Shown: piece by piece, positions 9,701 through 13,786 of the stretch
Layout of the letters: each line of letters opens with the position of its first letter
Numbering within the stretch: the first letter of the stretch is position 1
Assembly: GCA_000388065.2 (NCBI GenBank)
Contig: KB932203.1
Direction: 5' to 3' (one strand)
Length of the DNA stretch: 13,786 nt
Source: Fonticula alba ATCC 38817
Lineage: Eukaryota > Protista > Nucleariida
Program-made: the position numbers and the translations under genes
Notes under the pieces: model-generated
What the model saw: only the letters and a program-made list of their open reading frames with translations
Databases searched by the model: none
Told to the model about the DNA's origin: nothing

Positions 9701-10410
9701 TAGGGGAACTGGCTGACGATGGACACGGCGTACTTGGACCGGAAGACCAGGGCCGCGTGGGGGATGGCATTGGAGATGGCCTCGTACAGCTCGACGAGCT
9801 TGGCCCGGGCGGCCTCCTCATCCAGGCCGTAGATGAAGAGATCGATGTCGGACGACCGGTACAGCATGTTGTGGTAGATGTAGCGCTGGCGCTTGGGGGA
9901 GATGGCCTCGCCCGGGGCGGTGGCCGTGGCGCCGATGAGCATGCGGGTGGAGGAGTCCACCTGGAGCGAGGCCCGGGCCTTGGCCACCTGGCCCGAGGGC
10001 ACGTCGGCATCCTCCATGAAGGTGGAGGAGGTCTCCGGGTCGAAGACCGGCATGAGGCTGGCCAGGACCGAGCCACCGGCCACCACGACATTGTCCCAGT
10101 TGACATAGCGCAGGGAGTTCTCGGTGAAGAGCTCCCAGTTCTGGTGGAAGGCGGCAAGCGAGCCGGCGGTGACCGGCTGGCCGGGGGCCTTGCGGAAGCG
10201 ATTGCCCTCGGTGCTGTCGGCGAACATCATCCGGAAGAGGGGCTGGCCATCCGGGCCGAGGGCGGCCTCCTCGTTGGCGTCGCGAGCGACCAGGGCCTCG
10301 GGGGCCTGGTCGAAGAGGGGGATCATCATCAGGTGGGGATCCTTCAGGTCGGCATGGTCGCGGTGCTGGGCGAACAGGGTGCGGTAGTGGTTCTCGCGAT
10401 CGATGACGGC
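1683..10410 (-). CDS. Large multi-exon protein (at least 2,860 aa): N-terminal nucleotidyltransferase-like domain plus ankyrin-repeat arrays; join(complement 6884..10410, 1683..6738), 5' end incomplete
   Basis: The two long ORFs join in phase across a GT-AG intron: 3527 + 5056 = 8583 nt = 2861 codons including TGA. Strong G/C third-position bias; ankyrin TPLH-type motifs in both exons; NTase-like motifs in the 5' exon. Confidence 0.85.
6739..6883 (-). other. Spliceosomal intron, 145 nt, phase 2
   Basis: Donor CG|GTGCGT at 6883, candidate branch site GCTCAC followed by a long T/C tract, acceptor TTGCAG|C at 6739. Splicing restores the frame (…FQSVS-R-MPATFRDQ…). Confidence 0.88.
6884..10410 (-). 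CDS. Large internal exon: NTase-like domain, His/Cys cluster, first ankyrin repeats and acidic tract
   Basis: Starts after a CTCAC…CCCTCCCAG acceptor (phase 0, AVIDRENHYRTLFAQ…). Ankyrin motifs GRTPLILAVLANRRELVQALLDAG (~8401-8472), GRTPLHFAAHYNRPEILADLLEY (~8170-8238) and LTPLHYAVLFGSVACARVLLAHGAN (~7600-7678). Confidence 0.88.
7838..7977 (-). repeat. Coding tandem repeat: acidic Ser/Gly/Glu/Asp tract (EEEEEEGSGSEGSGSEGSDSDGSEGSDGSDSDGSEGSEGSDSDGSE)
   Basis: On the plus strand, repeated GGAGCCCTC/GGAGCCGTC/GGACCCATC 9-mers with 6-nt spacers, all frame-preserving, plus a (TCC)n run. Confidence 0.9.
9484..10110 (-). other. Nucleotidyltransferase-like domain (Pol-beta superfamily, with class II CCA/poly(A) polymerase-like features)
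   Basis: NVVVAGGSVL (GGS at 10069-10077), SSDIDLFIYG (DID at 9841-9849), RHIQIVLR, EVLMGFDVDCSSVAFDG and RLSKYAARGF. These fit the hG[GS]…hDxDh NTase signature, recognised by eye. Confidence 0.6.
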
Positions 10411-10461
10411 CTGGGAGGGGTGCGGTGGGTGTGAGTGGCCGGGAGCGCGCCGGGGGCGAGG
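10411..10461 (-). other. 3' end of an intron upstream of the large exon
   Basis: The minus strand reads …CACTCACACCCACCGCACCCCTCCCAG|GCC: branch-like CTCAC, pyrimidine-rich tract and CAG acceptor. Confidence 0.7.
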
Positions 10462-10972
10462 NNNNNNNNNNNNNNNNNNNNNNNNNNNNNNNNNNNNNNN
10501 NNNNNNNNNNNNNNNNNNNNNNNNNNNNNNNNNNNNNNNNNNNNNNNNNNNNNNNNNNNNNNNNNNNNNNNNNNNNNNNNNNNNNNNNNNNNNNNNNNNN
10601 NNNNNNNNNNNNNNNNNNNNNNNNNNNNNNNNNNNNNNNNNNNNNNNNNNNNNNNNNNNNNNNNNNNNNNNNNNNNNNNNNNNNNNNNNNNNNNNNNNNN
10701 NNNNNNNNNNNNNNNNNNNNNNNNNNNNNNNNNNNNNNNNNNNNNNNNNNNNNNNNNNNNNNNNNNNNNNNNNNNNNNNNNNNNNNNNNNNNNNNNNNNN
10801 NNNNNNNNNNNNNNNNNNNNNNNNNNNNNNNNNNNNNNNNNNNNNNNNNNNNNNNNNNNNNNNNNNNNNNNNNNNNNNNNNNNNNNNNNNNNNNNNNNNN
10901 NNNNNNNNNNNNNNNNNNNNNNNNNNNNNNNNNNNNNNNNNNNNNNNNNNNNNNNNNNNNNNNNNNNNNNNN
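10462..10972. other. Assembly gap 1 (511 N)
   Basis: Run of N. Confidence 1.
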
Positions 10973-11006
10973 CCGGAGGAGCCCAGCCCATGCGTGGGAC
11001 ATCGAC
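10973..11006. repeat. 34-nt sequence identical to 13753-13786
   Basis: CCGGAGGAGCCCAGCCCATGCGTGGGACATCGAC occurs exactly at the right edge of gap 1 and exactly at the window end. Confidence 0.97.
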
Positions 11007-11153
11007 AGGAGGCCCCTGGTCCTGGGAGGATCCACTGGCAACGCCACGGGGAGACAGAGAAAGAGCGCGAGAGCGAGAAGACGACTGCCGAGCGGGCGGG
11101 GGTGCGTGTTTGTTTGGGGCCCTTCGGACGCGGAGGGCCGGTCCGGGGCTCAC

Positions 11154-11216
11154 GCAAGGGGATGGGGGGCGCCGGGAGTCCGGATGGTTCCCCCAGGGGC
11201 AGGCCGGCTGAGGCAT
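11154..11216 (-). CDS. Candidate first coding exon of the large gene (MPQPACPWGNHPDSRRPPSPC)
   Basis: ATG at 11216 followed by a phase-0 GTGAGC donor at 11153, compatible with the phase-0 acceptor at 10411. No homology support. Confidence 0.2.
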
Positions 11217-11633
11217 GCCTGACCAGGGGGCCAGCCGGTCGATTTAGGCCCGGCCGCCCTGCCTGCCGCCAGTGCGCGGGCCCCCCGCCGGCCCACCCGG
11301 CTGGCCCCTCAGCGGAGGCTCGTCAAGTGCGTTGGGGCTTGTCGGGTGGAATTATCCGCCGCCCGGAGCCGGGCTTGGTCCCAGGATCGTTGGGGGCGCG
11401 GCCCGGCGGCCGGCGCGCCTTTCGGGGGTGCGGTGCAGGGGCGCCCCGGCGGTCGGTGGCGCGACCGGGGATGCTTTGCGAATGGGGATCCTGAAACGTC
11501 GGCCTCGCCCCTCGGCCGCGCAAAGGCTCAGCCCCTGAGTCAAGATCGGGCGACCTTCCACAGTCGGCCGGGCACAGGACCGGGGGGGGGAACAAAAGCG
11601 AGGGGACGAAAAAACGCCGAGGGCCGGAGGGGG

Positions 11634-11637
11634 AAAA
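11634..11637 (-). terminator. Pol III T-tract terminator of tRNA-Thr (T4; a backup T6 at 11609-11614)
   Basis: TTTT on the minus strand begins 6 nt after the discriminator base. Confidence 0.7.
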
Positions 11638-11643
11638 TATATG

Positions 11644-11715
11644 TGCTCATTGGGTGGATCGAACACCCGACCTCCAGTTTACTAGACTGGCGCTCTACCA
11701 CTGAGCTAAACGAGC
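11644..11715 (-). tRNA. tRNA-Thr-AGT: tRNA-Thr (anticodon AGT)
   Basis: Minus strand: GCTCGTT TA GCTC AGTGGTA GAGC G CCAGT CTAGTAA ACTGG AGGTC GGGTG TTCGATC CACCC AATGAGC A. Complete cloverleaf with anticodon AGT; an A34 anticodon for Thr is typical of eukaryotes. Confidence 0.98.
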
Positions 11716-11739
11716 GGCTATGATTCAGCACGGCCCTGT

Positions 11740-11753
11740 GAGTGCTAATAAAT
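11740..11753 (-). promoter_or_regulatory. TATA-like upstream element of tRNA-Thr
   Basis: The minus strand reads ATTTATTAGCACTC, with the AT-rich part at about -38 to -30 of the tRNA. Matches the tRNA-Gly upstream motif at 9 of 11 positions. Confidence 0.45.
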
Positions 11754-11971
11754 CACCGAGGAGAGGGCGGGCGCTCGGAGGAATATCACTGGGTGGGCGC
11801 TTTGGCTGGCCTTTCCCAAAGAAGAAAAAAGCCGTCCCTCGGTGATTGTTGCGTGGTATGGCGTTTGGCTCAATTGTTATTCTTTTATTTTTCGGCATTA
11901 TTGGTCGTTTTTCTTTTCTGCGGGACCGGGCCCGGATGTGGCACCGCGGGCATTTCCCCCACCGTGACTCG

Positions 11972-12018
11972 GCATGCATGTGTGTGTGTGTGAGCGCATG
12001 CGTATGTGCATGCGTGCG
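11972..12018. repeat. Alternating purine-pyrimidine tract containing (TG)n
   Basis: Strict RY alternation over 11972-11992 and 11994-12018. Confidence 0.85.
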
Positions 12019-12336
12019 GAACCAGGGGGGAACCCGCCCGGTCGCGCGAGTTTAAGGCCCCACCCCCCCCCGGGCCCCTCGGTCCGGATGAGCGCCTGTG
12101 ATGTCCTTCGCCCTGTTGCGCGTTGCCTTCTTGCCCCTTGTGCGGCTCACTTGCCTCCGGCATGCCCCTCAGAGGGGGGTCCTTTTCGCCGCCATGTGTC
12201 CCTTGTCCCCCCCGCCTCCTGAGCTACTCGCCCCGGCGCGAATGGCCCCACACGGGGGTTACTCTTGGCCAGTCTGGGATCCTGGCATTCCCCCCCTCTT
12301 CCGGCGCTTGTTGCGGAGTTCCCCTCCCCCCCGCCT

Positions 12337-12379
12337 CTCTCTCTCTGCTCTCTCTCTGCTCTCTCTCTGCTCTCTCTCT
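12337..12379. repeat. (CTCTCTCTCTG)n 11-mer tandem repeat running into gap 2
   Basis: G at 12347, 12358 and 12369 (period 11) within CT dinucleotides; truncated by Ns. Confidence 0.92.
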
Positions 12380-13297
12380 NNNNNNNNNNNNNNNNNNNNN
12401 NNNNNNNNNNNNNNNNNNNNNNNNNNNNNNNNNNNNNNNNNNNNNNNNNNNNNNNNNNNNNNNNNNNNNNNNNNNNNNNNNNNNNNNNNNNNNNNNNNNN
12501 NNNNNNNNNNNNNNNNNNNNNNNNNNNNNNNNNNNNNNNNNNNNNNNNNNNNNNNNNNNNNNNNNNNNNNNNNNNNNNNNNNNNNNNNNNNNNNNNNNNN
12601 NNNNNNNNNNNNNNNNNNNNNNNNNNNNNNNNNNNNNNNNNNNNNNNNNNNNNNNNNNNNNNNNNNNNNNNNNNNNNNNNNNNNNNNNNNNNNNNNNNNN
12701 NNNNNNNNNNNNNNNNNNNNNNNNNNNNNNNNNNNNNNNNNNNNNNNNNNNNNNNNNNNNNNNNNNNNNNNNNNNNNNNNNNNNNNNNNNNNNNNNNNNN
12801 NNNNNNNNNNNNNNNNNNNNNNNNNNNNNNNNNNNNNNNNNNNNNNNNNNNNNNNNNNNNNNNNNNNNNNNNNNNNNNNNNNNNNNNNNNNNNNNNNNNN
12901 NNNNNNNNNNNNNNNNNNNNNNNNNNNNNNNNNNNNNNNNNNNNNNNNNNNNNNNNNNNNNNNNNNNNNNNNNNNNNNNNNNNNNNNNNNNNNNNNNNNN
13001 NNNNNNNNNNNNNNNNNNNNNNNNNNNNNNNNNNNNNNNNNNNNNNNNNNNNNNNNNNNNNNNNNNNNNNNNNNNNNNNNNNNNNNNNNNNNNNNNNNNN
13101 NNNNNNNNNNNNNNNNNNNNNNNNNNNNNNNNNNNNNNNNNNNNNNNNNNNNNNNNNNNNNNNNNNNNNNNNNNNNNNNNNNNNNNNNNNNNNNNNNNNN
13201 NNNNNNNNNNNNNNNNNNNNNNNNNNNNNNNNNNNNNNNNNNNNNNNNNNNNNNNNNNNNNNNNNNNNNNNNNNNNNNNNNNNNNNNNNNNNNNNNN
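12380..13297. other. Assembly gap 2 (918 N)
   Basis: Run of N. Confidence 1.
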
Positions 13298-13752
13298 GGG
13301 GGGGGGGGGGGGGGAAACTTGGGGTGTCTCCTCACCCCCGCCGGCCGGACTGGGCGCCGATCGCCGTTTGAAACGGACCCCCAGCCGGGCTTGTGCCCCT
13401 GTCCGGCGGCGAGGAGGGCCGTTCCGGGCGGGCGGGGGCCGACGGCTCTGCCGGGATTGGACCGCGGGCCGAGACCGCGTTCCGGGGCGGCGGTTCGCTC
13501 GGCCGGGGATGACCCACCGACTGGCCACACTAGCCAGAGAGGCAGGGGCCTCGTGTCAGGGTCCCCAGCACGGCTGGGAGCTGGTCGCCAACATGCGGGC
13601 ATACAGGCGCCGGGGAGAAGGCCACACAAAAAATGGGTCCCTCGCCCGGCATGGAGACATGCTAAGCCGCGCCCCCTCCGGTGGCGATACCGGCCCAGCT
13701 GCCGCGCGCAGTCGCCCCCCCCCCCCCCCCCGGGACACAGCGCACACCCGGG

Positions 13753-13786
13753 CCGGAGGAGCCCAGCCCATGCGTGGGACATCGAC
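13753..13786. repeat. 34-nt sequence identical to 10973-11006
   Basis: Exact match, ending at the last base of the window. Confidence 0.97.

Noticed and set aside
6706-10434. 1242-aa plus-strand ORF
   Set aside because: Same in-register antisense shadow of the large exon (offset 276 nt); no recognisable domains.
11751-11847. 11-bp inverted repeat (AATCACCGAGG at 11751-11761 / CCTCGGTGATT at 11837-11847)
   Set aside because: The arms are short with a 75-nt spacer, which is within chance expectation for a window of this size; no target-site duplication or MITE-like features.
11866-11876. tRNA A-box-like TGGCTCAATTG
   Set aside because: No downstream B-box (GTTCRA) and no cloverleaf; not a tRNA or pseudo-tRNA.
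9818-13782. ORFs containing long X runs
   Set aside because: They are artefacts of translating across N gaps; their lengths are meaningless.
13298-13786. Coding exon of the large gene within the last contig (for example, ending at the GTGAGG donor near 13335)
   Set aside because: All three minus-strand frames give Pro/Arg/Gly-rich peptides with no protein-like signal; the sequence looks intronic or intergenic.

Overview
GC-rich eukaryotic draft-assembly fragment, with spliceosomal introns, intron-less tRNA genes lacking encoded CCA, and two N-gaps. The GC content, poly-G/C runs and splice signals resemble a protist such as Fonticula; that assignment is only inference. Most of the window is one very large minus-strand gene. 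The two long ORFs (6430..11157 and 1683..6866) join in frame across a 145-nt GT-AG intron (6739-6883), giving at least 2,860 aa from 10410 to the stop at 1683. The protein has an N-terminal domain with nucleotidyltransferase-like motifs (GGS...DID, FDVDC, RLSKYAARGF) and a His/Cys cluster, then about 10 dispersed ankyrin-type repeats separated by acidic and Ala-rich inserts. Its first exon is not securely located. The gene lies between two inward-facing tRNA genes, tRNA-Gly(GCC) 867-937 (+) and tRNA-Thr(AGT) 11644-11715 (-), which share an upstream TATTAGnnCTC motif. The window starts with the probable last exon of an unidentified plus-strand gene. The final 489-nt contig shares a perfect 34-nt overlap with the right edge of gap 1 and probably belongs inside that gap.
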